From Thraustochytrium aureum (taxonomy: Eukaryota): a DNA stretch of 64,000 nt. Below, piece after piece: positions 49,231-61,014 of the stretch; position 1 is the stretch's first letter, and each line of letters begins with the position of its first letter. The position numbers and the translations under genes were made by a program. The notes under the pieces were generated by a model. It was given only the letters and a program-made list of their open reading frames with translations, had not been told where the DNA came from and did not search any database. The DNA lies in the NCBI GenBank assembly GCA_012862495.1, contig BLSG01000080.1, positions 118,673-182,672 of the forward strand, given 5' to 3'.

Positions 49231-51493
49231 CTATACCAAGCTCGTGAAGGCTGCGCTACCAGCCACAATTGCAAGTTCGGGGGACTGACGGAACTCGACG
49301 ACGACGCCTCCAACCTCGCCAATCTCAAATGTATACGAAGAACGATGACCCAGCCGGGCAAGGTCAAAACGAAGCTCGCCCTGTCGACGAGTCTGTGGTC
49401 CAAGCCGCACAAAGTCGTGCAAGGCACGATCCACAAAAAGCTGCACTACAGAGTCCACCTGCACGCTGTCGTTCCGCACGAGCGAGCAAACGACAGCGCC
49501 TCGGCGCCAATCAACCCCCGTGACGAAGACCTGCAACTGAACGCGGTTCGCAAAGTAGGAGAGGCCAAACCCGAATCGCCATTGAGGCTCCTCGCTTTGG
49601 NNNNNNNNNNNNNNNNNNNNNNNNNNNNNNNNNNNNNNNNNNNNNNNNNNNNNNNNNNNNNNNNNNNNNNNNNNNNNNNNNNNNNNNNNNNNNNNNNNNN
49701 NNNNNNNNNNNNNNNNNNNNNNNNNNNNNNNNNNNNNNNNNNNNNNNNNNNNNNNNNNNNNNNNNNNNNNNNNNNNNNNNNNNNNNNNNNNNNNNNNNNN
49801 NNNNNNNNNNNNNNNNNNNNNNNNNNNNNNNNNNNNNNNNNNNNNNNNNNNNNNNNNNNNNNNNNNNNNNNNNNNNNNNNNNNNNNNNNNNNNNNNNNNN
49901 NNNNNNNNNNNNNNNNNNNNNNNNNNNNNNNNNNNNNNNNNNNNNNNNNNNNNNNNNNNNNNNNNNNNGAATCGTGCGGACTTTGCCGCCAAGCGGGCTT
50001 CCGTGGTACGAGTGCAGGTAGCAGTCATCTCCAGCGTAGCTCGCGGGGATCTGCGACGCGCAGTGCGCGAACGGTCCGACAAGCGCAACTCGAAGAGCAG
50101 TGCGGGGAGCCGAAGCCACCATTGGCAAGGCGACGTTGCCCTTGTTGGCCAGCAAAACCATCGATTTGGCAGCCGTTTCCCTCGCGAGCCGCAAGCGCGC
50201 AGCAGGCGTGCTCGGCACCGCCGCGTCGCCCCCAAATTCTGGCTCGACGCGCTCAAACTCGCCCAATTTAAGGCGCGTCAGCGCGACGGCACGCGCGGCG
50301 CGTTTCAGGTCGTCCACCGCGAGTAGACCCTGCTCGACAGCTAAAGCAAAGGCAGCGTTCACTTTGCCCGGGTTCAAAGAGTAGCTCACCGTGACACCAG
50401 CTCTGACAGACGCAGCAACAGCGTGCTCGAGATCCGGGTATTTGTGGTGCGCCGAAACCATCGCGGAAATGCTGTCGCAGCAGTCGGTCTGCACGAACGT
50501 CGTGTTGGTCTCTTCGATCACATGTTGCAGCATCCCACGCGACGTGCAGCTCGGCTCGCCGTTGATTGTGCTTATGGCGCACATGATCCCAAGCGCCCCA
50601 CCCTTCTCGTGAAAAGCCCTGTACGGCCTGAGCAGGACGTCATGGAGGTATGCCAAGTCACGAACGGTCTCCTCTCCTTGTTTTGGGATGTCGGGCCGCG
50701 CCCCATGGTATCCAAGCAGGTGGCGGGTTGTCTGAGCGGTTTCGTAAAAGCATGGGCCGCTCTCTCGCTGCCCAAAGCAACGCATGTTCTGCAACCCGCG
50801 CGTCGCGGCCGCTCCAATCCGGCTGACGAGCTCCGGATCCTCGCCGTACGTCTCTGAAATGCGGCCCCAGCGTGGGTCCTGCGCCAGGTTTGCCAACGGT
50901 CCTCCGTCGCAAACTAAGCCGCCGTAGGCGGTCCCGTTTGTCGCACGGAAAACCAGCTCGTTCACTTGTCGTGCTTCGCGCGCCGTGGCCCGCCCAACGC
51001 GGCCAACGACCTCTTCGTCCCACGTCGCCCCTTGCGCAATTGCGTGCGGGTAGACGACGGATTCGAACGCGATTGGAAACCTGTTTGGGGCGACGCCGTG
51101 GATGCACGTCGTGTCCCAAAAAAAGCCGCGCACGTTGAGTCGCTCGATCCACGTGTTGCTGTGTGGCGAAGCGATCGAGAAGAACCCCAGAAGCTCGTCC
51201 TGCGACAGCTCTTCTACCAGTGCGGCCGCTCGCACGGGCAGGGAGAGAGACGCGTTGCAAAACGCGAAAGCGCTGCCAGCTGTCCGCTCAGCGTCACCTC
51301 ACAGCAAGTCAGCAAGCTCGTCTGTCCCAGCTTGGCGGTTGGCAAACTCACGCGAGCTCGGGTCGCACGTGCGACGCATCTTCCAGTCAGCAACCCCGGC
51401 CGCGTGTCCCGCCTCGACTCCTGTGGCGCAGGCACCGCGAGCCGCTGCAAGCAGAATAGCAGCGGCCGCTGCTGCGTTGACGAGTCGCGGCAT
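49231..51493 (-). CDS. Secreted GH3 beta-xylosidase/glucosidase-like protein (in-frame TGA at 51299-51301; gap inside)
   Basis: Signal peptide, FCNASLS..VRAAALV, DPRWGRISETYGEDP, IMCAISTINGEPSC, nucleophile region FVQTDC, KSMVLLAN, VALVGP. After the gap comes PQWRFGFGLSY. Confidence 0.88.
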
Positions 51494-51899
51494 CTGCCCT
51501 CTACTCGTTGTCGCGGTGAGTCCCAGGGCTCGATGGGCCCCTCGTATCGCTGCCGATCCGCGCCACGACGCGCGTCCGCGACCGTCAGGGCAACAAGCCC
51601 CTTCCTTGCGCAACCGTGACAAGCTAAGTACGTTTGCAAGATCGACCGCTCTGGCATCAGTGGTGGAGTACTCAACTACGTAACTCGGCCGGTACCGTGA
51701 CTGCGGTTAGGCGCGACAGCGCGAAGCCAGCGGTCCTCCGTTCGGTCGATGCCATCGAGCTAAACGAGCAATGCCTTGCCAACCGGGGCGGATTCGGGGC
51801 GGATTCGGGGCGGATTCGGAAGAGGTAAGGCGAAAGAAAACTGATTCTACTGCTGGCTCAGAGAGCTCCAGCGAACAGAGCGTCGGCTCAACGCAGCGC

Positions 51900-52751
51900 T
51901 TAGAAACGGGGAATGAGCCCGCTGCTACGTTCCTGAACCGCCTCCTCACACAGCGAAAACTCGTTCGAGCACTGGCAGGACTTCTTGGTGCTCATCATGT
52001 AAATGGACGACTTCGGGACGGCCGTGACGGTGTTGACCGGGGCGCACTCAGCGCTCGTCGTAAGAACGGTCATCTGGCAGCCCATGCCCTGGCCCGCGAG
52101 CTTCTTGTCGTTGGCCCCCTTGCACCAGGTGCACGAGAAAAGCCCGGGCACGTCAAAGTCACCTCTACTGCAAAGGCGCTCTGGGTTGCGGCCTTGGCCT
52201 GGCTTGTTGCACGGATTGCGAAAGCACCCGTGGTCGAAGGGGATTTGCCGGCTCAAGTATTCGTCAGCGAGGTCAGCTTTGCCGTCCTTGCTGGCTTGGG
52301 CAGACATAGCAGCCCAGTGAGCGTTGAGAGTTTTCATTTCGCTCTTTGTGAACCATTTGCACTGCCCAGAGGTTGCCTGAAGCGTGCACTGGCCGGTGTT
52401 GAACTGGTTGCAAGGGTTTCCGATGCAGCGCTTGTTGTGCGCGCCGACCATCGTGCAAGCAGCCGACTTTTCCGCCGAAGACATGACGCCGCTGCGCGAG
52501 GACTTGTTGTTGCATGCATTCTCGTCGCTCGTAAAAGTTGCGCAAGTTGAGTCGAGCGCGGTCACCTGCTGGCGCGTCTTTTGGTTGAGGCGCGAGCCCC
52601 ACCAGTCGCCGAGGATCTCGTAGCAGACGGGGTTGTTGTCCTCGGCCAGCTGTAGCGTCTGCGTATCAAGGCTTTGCTGCACGGTCTCGCGGAGCGACGC
52701 ACCGTTCGCGCTCGCCACGAGCGCGAGGATCACCGTCGCAGTGGTCTTCAT
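51900..52751 (-). CDS. Secreted cysteine-rich protein of unknown function (283 aa)
   Basis: Clean ATG-to-stop ORF with signal peptide MKTTATVILALVASANG, 18 Cys and a repeated CxxNPCN motif. Confidence 0.85.
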   Translation of the reverse strand: MKTTATVILALVASANGASLRETVQQSLDTQTLQLAEDNNPVCYEILGDWWGSRLNQKTRQQVTALDSTCATFTSDENACNNKSSRSGVMSSAEKSAACTMVGAHNKRCIGNPCNQFNTGQCTLQATSGQCKWFTKSEMKTLNAHWAAMSAQASKDGKADLADEYLSRQIPFDHGCFRNPCNKPGQGRNPERLCSRGDFDVPGLFSCTWCKGANDKKLAGQGMGCQMTVLTTSAECAPVNTVTAVPKSSIYMMSTKKSCQCSNEFSLCEEAVQERSSGLIPRF

Positions 52752-53476
52752 TGCGTCTTGCGCTCGTTGTTTGCCTTGCCTCTCCTTTGTCGTCTATTCC
52801 TTTCTGTGCCTGTTGCTGTGTTGCGGATCTGCTGCAGCGCACCGCCGCGTAAATTCCGAACAGGCAGAGTTGTGAAGAGGGCGGGCGGCCGCCGGTTGAT
52901 GAGGAGAAAAGAAATCTGCCTCACATCCACGAGAGTTTCGCGGCTGGCGGTGTGGTCGCCGTTTGTCGTCCTCTTGCGGATGCAGCTGATGCAGGAGTTC
53001 AGCCCACATGGTTTACTGAACGTCTACACGAGCACCGGTCGTGCATCAGTTATCCTCCTTGGTATTCCAATCTCTTCATTTCAACATTGGGGACGAAAGG
53101 AGAATGTAGAGAACAAGTTTACCTCACGGAAATGAAGAACGCGAGAATGCCTCCTCGCAGCTCGGTTCAGTTTACTAACTAGTACAGCATCTTTTTCTTT
53201 CCGCTTCATCTAGGAAGGCGTTTCGCCGCCCGACTTGGCTGGCGAAGGTGAACTTGACGAAACTAACACCCTGCAGCCGTTTGTTTGGTGCACTCTTGGG
53301 AGGGGCGGCTGCGGACGACCCCTGACAATTGTCCCAGACGTTTTGTTTTGTGCTTGGCCAATTTGGTCTCCAGCCACCAACCGCCGTGGTTCTTGGTTCC
53401 GAACGCAACTGTTCTCCGCGCGGGTAGGTCGGCCCAAAGCCAGAACAGTGATGGCTCTAGAGGGTAACGCTCTTGG

Positions 53477-53598
53477 TCCTTTGCCCGTGCAAATGGGCCC
53501 TTTGCAAATTGAGCTCTCCTCGTCCAAAGGAAGTCCTTTGCCCGTGCGAATGGGCCTTTTGCAAATGGGCCCATTTGAGCTCTCCTGGTCCAAAGGAG
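53477..53598. repeat. Imperfect ~57-bp direct repeat (2 copies) in a lower-GC region
   Basis: gtcctttgcccgtgc(a/g)aatgggcc..ttgcaaat...ttgagctctcct(c/g)gtccaaagga occurs twice. Confidence 0.75.
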
Positions 53599-54131
53599 AA
53601 ACGTCCGCGCTTTGCCCAGCTCCAGCAACCGGCGGGATTCGGCTTGCCCCCACGGAGGATCCGGCCTGGGGAATACAGCGTCTCCAACTGCGCGATGCCA
53701 TGCACCGAAGGAGGATATCGGAAGAGCCTGTGAGCTCTGTTCGAAAGGGAGCTGAATCCTGCACCAAAGACTGGTCCAAAGGGGACATGTTGCAGGCTAT
53801 GAGAGGACCTGGCAAAACCTTGCAGAGCTGACCCCACCGGGTTTGGCGGTGAGATCAAGCCACAGGCACAATGATGGCCTTCAATGATGGATGATTTAGA
53901 GATGCGCTTCGGAAACGACCACAAGGACCGAACTCGGCCGGGCCTGATGGAGTCCAGAATGTTCAGAGCATGGAAGCGTTCATGATTCGTGAGGGAACGA
54001 AGAGCAGTTCGTGTGCTATCCTGAACTGATTTTCAATTGTTGTTCAACGAAATCAAGATCGAGATCAAGATCAAGTTGAAGGCGACGAGGCGTCGATCGA
54101 GTCATGTCGTCAGTGCAGGTCGGTCTGCATC

Positions 54132-55112
54132 ATGCTGGCCAGCAGCGCGGCAGGCGCGGCCTGCAGCATTGGGGCCGCGGCCTTTGCGGTGCAACGTGCG
54201 CGATCATGCGCCATCGGCGGGTTCAACCACTTTGCCAAGCAACGCGCGGCGCCTTGGCCACCGGACGCGGTCCTTGGTCCGCTGTACCTGGCCTGCTCGT
54301 CAGTGTTCCTGCTTCGGAGGGGGTGGGCCGCCCCAGCACGAGACGCACCGTGGAGGCTGCTCTGCGTCCTTGCCGTTGCAATTCTCGTGGTGCTCGACGG
54401 CCTCGCTCTTTCAAAGCGACGGCAGCGAGCTGGTGTGGTTGATTATGCCACAGCTGCGCTCGCACTTTGGCTCGCCTCGGGACAAGGAGCTGACGTGGCG
54501 GCCCTTGTAGCCCTCCTCTGCGCAGCGAGCTGTTTGGTATACGGCGCTGGAGACTCCTCGAACCAATTTGCGTTCGTCCCTGCGCCAAGTCTCAAGTTTA
54601 TGCGCTTGGGCGAGCCTCGGGCGCCGTCCCACGGCAAGGGGGCCCGGGTCCGTGTCGCGATCCTCTCGATGGGCAGCCGCGGAGACGTTCAGCCGTTCAT
54701 TGCACTTGCGCAGGAATTGAAACGCACAGGCCAAGCCGAGCCCGTCATTGTGACGATGGGCTCGTACGTTTCGCTTGTGGAGCGCTACGGAATCGAGGCG
54801 AAGAGTTGCGGCCTCGGAGCCCTCCGGCTCAGCGACTCGCTGGGCGCGACGCGCGCGATTTGTTCGATGTGATCGCGGCGGCTCGGCGTGACGTCCAAGA
54901 CAACTACGAGAGTCTTGGTGGGGCGTTTTACGAGGCATGCAAGGGCTGTGACGTCATTCTGACGACGACCGTGACCTACGGATTCGGCCTGAGCATTGCC
55001 GAAAAGCTGCAAGTGCCCTGCTGGGTGGCCAAGCTGGCGCCGGACACGCCGACGCGCGCGTTTTCGCCCCCCGGGAGCTCCTCGTCGGCTTGGGGACTCG
55101 TCAATCTGTTGC
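54132..55112 (+). CDS. Sterol 3-beta-glucosyltransferase-like GT1 enzyme with N-terminal hydrophobic segments (frameshift near 54850; 3' part in gap)
   Basis: RVAILSMGSRGDVQPFIALAQEL (GT28-N motif), then EACKGCDVIL...SIAEKLQVP...PDTPTRAF. Confidence 0.85.
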
Positions 55113-55833
55113 NNNNNNNNNNNNNNNNNNNNNNNNNNNNNNNNNNNNNNNNNNNNNNNNNNNNNNNNNNNNNNNNNNNNNNNNNNNNNNNNNNNNNNNN
55201 NNNNNNNNNNNNNNNNNNNNNNNNNNNNNNNNNNNNNNNNNNNNNNNNNNNNNNNNNNNNNNNNNNNNNNNNNNNNNNNNNNNNNNNNNNNNNNNNNNNN
55301 NNNNNNNNNNNNNNNNNNNNNNNNNNNNNNNNNNNNNNNNNNNNNNNNNNNNNNNNNNNNNNNNNNNNNNNNNNNNNNNNNNNNNNNNNNNNNNNNNNNN
55401 NNNNNNNNNNNNNNNNNNNNNNNNNNNNNNNNNNNNNNNNNNNNNNNNNNNNNNNNNNNNNNNNNNNNNNNNNNNNNNNNNNNNNNNNNNNNNNNNNNNN
55501 NNNNNNNNNNNNNNNNNNNNNNNNNNNNNNNNNNNNNNNNNNNNNNNNNNNNNNNNNNNNNNNNNNNNNNNNNNNNNNNNNNNNNNNNNNNNNNNNNNNN
55601 NNNNNNNNNNNNNNNNNNNNNNNNNNNNNNNNNNNNNNNNNNNNNNNNNNNNNNNNNNNNNNNNNNNNNNNNNNNNNNNNNNNNNNNNNNNNNNNNNNNN
55701 NNNNNNNNNNNNNNNNNNNNNNNNNNNNNNNNNNNNNNNNNNNNNNNNNNNNNNNNNNNNNNNNNNNNNNNNNNNNNNNNNNNNNNNNNNNNNNNNNNNN
55801 NNNNNNNNNNNNNNNNNNNNNNNNNNNNNNNNN

Positions 55834-55990
55834 GCTGCTGATGAAGCATGCGAGCAGCCGAGTCAAAGTCGCGGCTGTTGTTGTTGGAGGCGCTGTAGAG
55901 GTCGAGGTGTTTGCCGCTAAACTCTGGGAGTTGCGGGCTGTGCGACGGCGAAGGGTGCACGCCCAATAGCGACTCTAGCGTCGCGTCCAT
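55834..55990 (-). CDS. Probable 5' end of a hypothetical protein running into the gap
   Basis: ATG-initiated MDATLESLLGVHPSPSHSPQLPEF...MLHQQ entering the gap at a CAG tract. Confidence 0.45.
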
Positions 55991-58484
55991 GATGGCGTTA
56001 TTCGTGGCGGCAACCGTGGGCTGGTGCGTGGTTCCGCTTGCCGGCAGATCGTCGTGCTTCGCTTTCGCGTTGGGGGTCTGCTGACGTCCGAGAAAATTGG
56101 CGTTTTGAGCCGCCGGGCAAAGGGGTCGGCGATGTTGGACGAAACGCGTCTTCAGTGGGTGCGACCCAGCTGATTCTGCTTGCCAGGTCTGTGAGCAAGG
56201 CGAGTCTAGCGAAAGGGAGGGATCGGATCGCTTTGCGCCTTGCAAGAGTTGCCATAGGCCTCGTGAACAGCAGCGCGTGTTGCGTTGGCGAGGCTCTTCT
56301 CACTGCTCCGCGCGTGAAATTCACAGCCGCGTTGCCGCTGCGTACGATTTTTTTTCCAGCAAGTTGCAAAATACTGTCGCGTGCTCCACGCCAGCCCCTG
56401 GGTGAGGCTGCGAGCCGTCGCAATAAATTTACCCTTCCTTGATTCTTCCTCAGCGCTGGCGCATCGGCCACGCCCCTCGTGCGCCAGAGGCAGAGCGCGC
56501 GCTCAGCCGAGGCGAAAGGCGGCGCCACGCGGCCCAGCAGAGAGGGAACGACCCTCCACGCAACTGGCGGCTGGCGACCGCTATGTTTCTTTCATTCGTG
56601 TAGGTAATCCTCTAGATTACTTGTACTCACCAAACAGTCGAGCTCGAGCTGACCAGGCGCCAGCCACGTTTTTTTCTTCACGCGCCATGCCGACACAGGA
56701 GCGAACAGCAGCTTGAAAGAAGCGCGCCTTTCGGCGCCTTGCAGTCACGCGCCAGCCAGGCACCACATGTCAGGAAGGTACTCCAGCTAGAATGAATACG
56801 CTGTAGTTGCATAGTTGACCGTGTTCAGCAAAACACCCATGCGGTGGATTGGCTCGTGGACATCCAGAGAAATTGGGTTGATTGCGCTTGGACACAGGGA
56901 CTGTGGCGGCATGGCGTGCGCACCAAATTCTGTCCAGCAGCGTACAAGCCAATAGGAATGGACCCCAACGCCTGGCTACTCGTCAAGAACTGTCCCTGGG
57001 CCACCCACCCGTCATGGCCCATCTCATCACAGCCGTTTGATTGAGTGGGCGAAGGAATGCAGCGCCTTGACGCCGACCACACTCATCAAACACAAGCGGA
57101 ACGACGCCAGGTCCTGCCGTAAAACTTCTAGAGAGAGTCAGATCCTCATCGCCGCGCAACGTAAACGGGCATCGGACCAGGGTACCCTCTGCATCGTCCA
57201 TCATCAGGTCAAGTGAACAAGTGGCCACGGCGCGCATTGTCTGCAAGTGGCGCAGGCCCATTTGCGCCACACGCCAGAATCGGCCAGAAGGTCTTGGACG
57301 AACAAGCGAGCAATCTCTGAGCACAAGGTGCCGGCCTGTCACGCCATTCCCGCCAGACGCGGGCATGGCGCGCGCCATGAAATACACCTAGCTAGCAAGC
57401 TAGCTCAGCGGACGGCCCGGCCCAAGCCCATGCCCATGCCCATGTCCAGCCCGAACGACACTCTGGCGGAGTCTTGCACGTTTGTCGAGCGCCCATTTCG
57501 CAGGATGAATGAATGCGAATTCCTGCGGCAAGTTTTCGACAAGTCCAGTTCGCATGGGGCCCCGCGCAAACTGCACTTTTGCATTCTACTTCTCCGAGTC
57601 CGAGTCGTCCAACTCCGCGTGGGCCACACGCCCACAATGGACGCACTCGTTCGTCCTCTGCTTCTGTTCGCAGCCAAGCACTCGTAGTAATCTCGCCGAA
57701 GCGCGCAAGAATCGGCTCGGTGGCAACGCGTACCGGACTCGCGCATTCGAAAGTGGCGAGACTCGCGCCTGAGGCCCAGCGACGAGCGATGCGAGCGGGC
57801 ATGTTGCCGACACGCTTGCCGAGATTCGTCCGGACCGATGCCAGTGCTCGGCGTCCGGCCCGCGAAGATCTCGGCCCATGCCCTGCGCGCTGCGCCAGCC
57901 TCCCTCCCGGATCCCTGCAGGCCGTCGCGGTCCAAAACGCAACCGCCTCAACTGCTCGCTCCACGTTGCCTGCCACGCACGACGTCGCAACTCGAGCTCG
58001 CCTCGTCGCTCGCCGTCGGAGAGAGAGGGCAGCAAGGTGGAGCCCGCCCAGCAACGAGCAGCGCTGCGCGACGAGCCACATCGGACGCTTGCTTGCTTGA
58101 TCACGATCAAGAACGTGGCCATCGCAGACGACGCGACCACGCAGCATGCGCCGGGAAACCAGCCGCCGCCCGCTGTTGCTCGCGGCGCCCGAGGCAAACT
58201 CGCCAGCGATCACGATGCGGGCTCAGCGACGAGCCCTCGGGCTCCCGTCCACGTCCTCGGCGTCCATCGAGATTGGAACGCTGTTTGTTTTGTAAAATTA
58301 AATCACGTCTTCCAAAACGATACTGCACTGCCTACACATAGTGCGCATCAACTTTAAAGCAAGGGCGGAATTCCAGCGGCCTCGACGCGTGCCTGCGCGT
58401 GGAGGCGCAGCCCGCCCAAGCGAAAGCAGACCACGGACGGGGCCAGAGGCCCTCGGCGGTGCACGTCTGCGCGCCGGTGGAGAG

Positions 58485-58515
<31 letters not shown>

Positions 58516-58562
58516 CGCGCGTGCCTGCTGCGAGGGTCGGCCGTCCTTCTGCGCGCGCGACG

Positions 58563-59237
58563 ATGGGCAACGTGTTTGCAGCCTGCGGCGCAGACGAAGA
58601 CCGACGACTGGACGCAGGACTCGCGCCGGAGAGGGCGCCACGCACGGCGGGCTGGACGCCGCGCACGGCTGAGCTCGAGCGCGCAGAGGAAGCCGCGAAG
58701 GCGGCGGAGCTCGGAGGCGAGACGCTGCTGGGCGCCGCCGAGGGCGGCGACGAGGCCGTAGGCGGAACACCGCACGCGGAGAATGTGCGTTCTTCTCCGG
58801 GGGAGGAGGCCGTTCAGACAGAGCCGGGGGCGGTAGGGTCGCCGGACTTGGCGCCGATGCCGCCCAGGGAGCCGACGATGCTGCCCGAGCCGGTGCCAAC
58901 GCCGCTGGCAGTGGTCGACGAACCAGACTTGGCCCCTCTGGAAGGGCATGTCGACCAGACGGTGAGTTCGCTCCCCGACGAACAGGGGCCGAACGAGCCC
59001 AAGGGTCTGGCCTCCTCAGCGAGCAGCGAGACAGGCAGCGAGGTCAGCGCGCCCAGTAGCAAGACGATGAGCAGGAGCAAGCGGGCCTACAGCGCAGTGC
59101 GCCGGCGCGCTGGCGCCGGCCGGGTCGCGCTGCGACGCGTCCTCAGCCTCCGCAAAAGCTTCGTTTCCCGCAAGTCGTCGCCCAGCAACCACAGCAGTGC
59201 AGAGGCGCAGGGCGCCGAGGTGGTAGCTCTCCAGTAG
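58563..59237 (+). CDS. Hypothetical disordered protein with a predicted N-myristoylation/palmitoylation start
   Basis: MGNVFAACG start, acidic Pro/Glu-rich middle and a basic C-terminal patch. An (AGGC)n tract lies in the 5' leader. Confidence 0.65.
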   Translation: MGNVFAACGADEDRRLDAGLAPERAPRTAGWTPRTAELERAEEAAKAAELGGETLLGAAEGGDEAVGGTPHAENVRSSPGEEAVQTEPGAVGSPDLAPMPPREPTMLPEPVPTPLAVVDEPDLAPLEGHVDQTVSSLPDEQGPNEPKGLASSASSETGSEVSAPSSKTMSRSKRAYSAVRRRAGAGRVALRRVLSLRKSFVSRKSSPSNHSSAEAQGAEVVALQ

Positions 59238-59335
59238 CTCCTCCAACCCAAAAGAAATGGAGTGCTCTACAACGTTGACTTTTTAGCCGCGAATGCAATG
59301 CTGACGCTTCAGAGGAAAGCCCATCAACGCGACGC

Positions 59336-60577
59336 TCACCGCCTGCGCAGCTCGAGCGCGCAGGGGGCTACCTCGTCAACGAGCCGGCGGCCCAGCGCCG
59401 ACGCCGTGGTCTGAAACCCTGCGCTGCAGGGCAAGCTCCCCTGGTCTTTGGCCACGATGGCGGCAATGCGAAGCAAGAGCCGTGCGGTGATGTCGTTTGG
59501 GTCAAGCTCCGCCTGTGCCTCCGCGCGAACCGTCCGAATGGGCGCCCCGTCCCTGTAGACAGTTAATGTGGAGTGCAAGGTGGCCCGAGCGTTGGCTCGC
59601 GCCCGCTCGGAGGGCCCATCCCCGCTCTTCATCAGGCGGCATAGCAGGTAATAAACGAATTTGAATTTGACGAGCCACGGCGCGACGTGCAGGAAAAGAG
59701 CCACCGCGTGCGCGATGACGAGGAACGGCGCGGCAAAGTAGTGGTTGTACTCGAAGGTCGCGCTGCGCGATTTGTTGAGCCGGGAGAAACTCTCGCGCAC
59801 GATCAAGCCGTCCGAAAAGAGCTCGGACCTGACCCCGTACAGCTGGCTGGAGCCGAACCACTCCACTGCGCGGAGGCGTTGCGGGAGCTTGCGGACCGCG
59901 CGTGGCGCTGGGACAGGATCCAGCAGGATGTCGATGCCAGTGCCGCAGCTCCACCCTTGAAGGATGGTCTGCAAGGTGCCGTTGCCTAGCCCACTAAAGG
60001 AGCCAAACCAACTCCTCCGCTGGCCCATGTACATGAGCGTTTGGAGCGCCAGGTGACCGGAGCGCTCCGAGTCGCTCAGCTGCTCGTACAGGAAGGCGAA
60101 GATGGCGTCGCTCGGCACGCTGTCCCATCCGCACGCGGAAATGAGCAAGCAGCCCTTCGCCTCTGCGGCGGCCCCATACTTGGACCCCATCTTAGCAATG
60201 TACTCTTGCTCGCCGCTCAGATCGAGCAGGTTTGCGCCGGCCTCCAGGCAAGCGCGGACGACCGCTTCCCCGCGCTCCATGTACGGCCCGGTACAATTTA
60301 CCACGACGCGGGCTTTGGCAGCCATGCGCACCAGAGCGTCGTGGTCGCCGACATCTGCTTCAAAGAGGTGCTCGCGCGAGACCAGGCCGGGCGCCTCGCG
60401 CTCGAGGCCGGCCCAAACCTCGACAAGCTTGTCACGGTCCCGGCCCGCCAGGCCGAGCACGAGCCCTTCCTCCGGCTCGCCGCTCCCGTCCCTGGCAACG
60501 CGAGCGGCGCGCTCGAGCAGGCGTTGCCCGCTGTACCCCGTAGCGCCGAATACGACGACGTCCACGACCCAAGACAT
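59336..60577 (-). CDS. SCCPDH: Saccharopine dehydrogenase-like oxidoreductase
   Basis: VVVFGATGYSG, LAGRDRDKL, VVVNCTGPY..GEAVVRAC, DLSGE, ACGWDSVPSD. Confidence 0.9.
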   Translation of the reverse strand: MSWVVDVVVFGATGYSGQRLLERAARVARDGSGEPEEGLVLGLAGRDRDKLVEVWAGLEREAPGLVSREHLFEADVGDHDALVRMAAKARVVVNCTGPYMERGEAVVRACLEAGANLLDLSGEQEYIAKMGSKYGAAAEAKGCLLISACGWDSVPSDAIFAFLYEQLSDSERSGHLALQTLMYMGQRRSWFGSFSGLGNGTLQTILQGWSCGTGIDILLDPVPAPRAVRKLPQRLRAVEWFGSSQLYGVRSELFSDGLIVRESFSRLNKSRSATFEYNHYFAAPFLVIAHAVALFLHVAPWLVKFKFVYYLLCRLMKSGDGPSERARANARATLHSTLTVYRDGAPIRTVRAEAQAELDPNDITARLLLRIAAIVAKDQGSLPCSAGFQTTASALGRRLVDEVAPCALELRRR

Positions 60578-61014
60578 GGATGGCTCTGCGCTATCAGCTG
60601 GCTGCGGCGCGGTCGTCCTGGGCGCGGATCGGACGTCCGTCCAGCGCTGGTTCGGCCCGCACCTCGGCGTGGCAGAGCCACACGGGGGCTCTCGAGCACG
60701 CTCTCGCAAGCTCGTTCGCTGTTTGGTCTGCTGCGCGCTCTTTGGCCAGCCAGCCGCGACGGCCTGCTTGCTGGCGCGACTTACTGCCGGACTCGAGCTG
60801 GATCGAGCACTGGAAACAAGTGCTCGCCTGGGCGTGCTCGCCTGAAAGGCGACCTTTGCGGCGGCGGCGAGCTCGTGGACGGTATGGGCGGTACAACGCT
60901 GTGCCGTCTTGGAGCATGCTCGTCAAACCGATGCGCGATGGGGAGATATTTCATTTGATCAACAAGACCTGGACAAAAATATGTACAACTCGACCCGCCG
61001 ACGGAGGCTGTCGA

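Noticed and set aside
49078..49600. Plus-strand ORF before the gap
   Set aside because: It is the antisense of the GH3 C-terminus (FGFGLSY) on the minus strand.
51299..51301. Selenocysteine codon in GH3
   Set aside because: The TGA lies in a non-conserved linker, not at a redox Cys position, and I could identify no SECIS element.
56700..58340. Possible degraded minus-strand gene
   Set aside because: The overlapping ORFs give no coherent domain, so a call cannot be supported.
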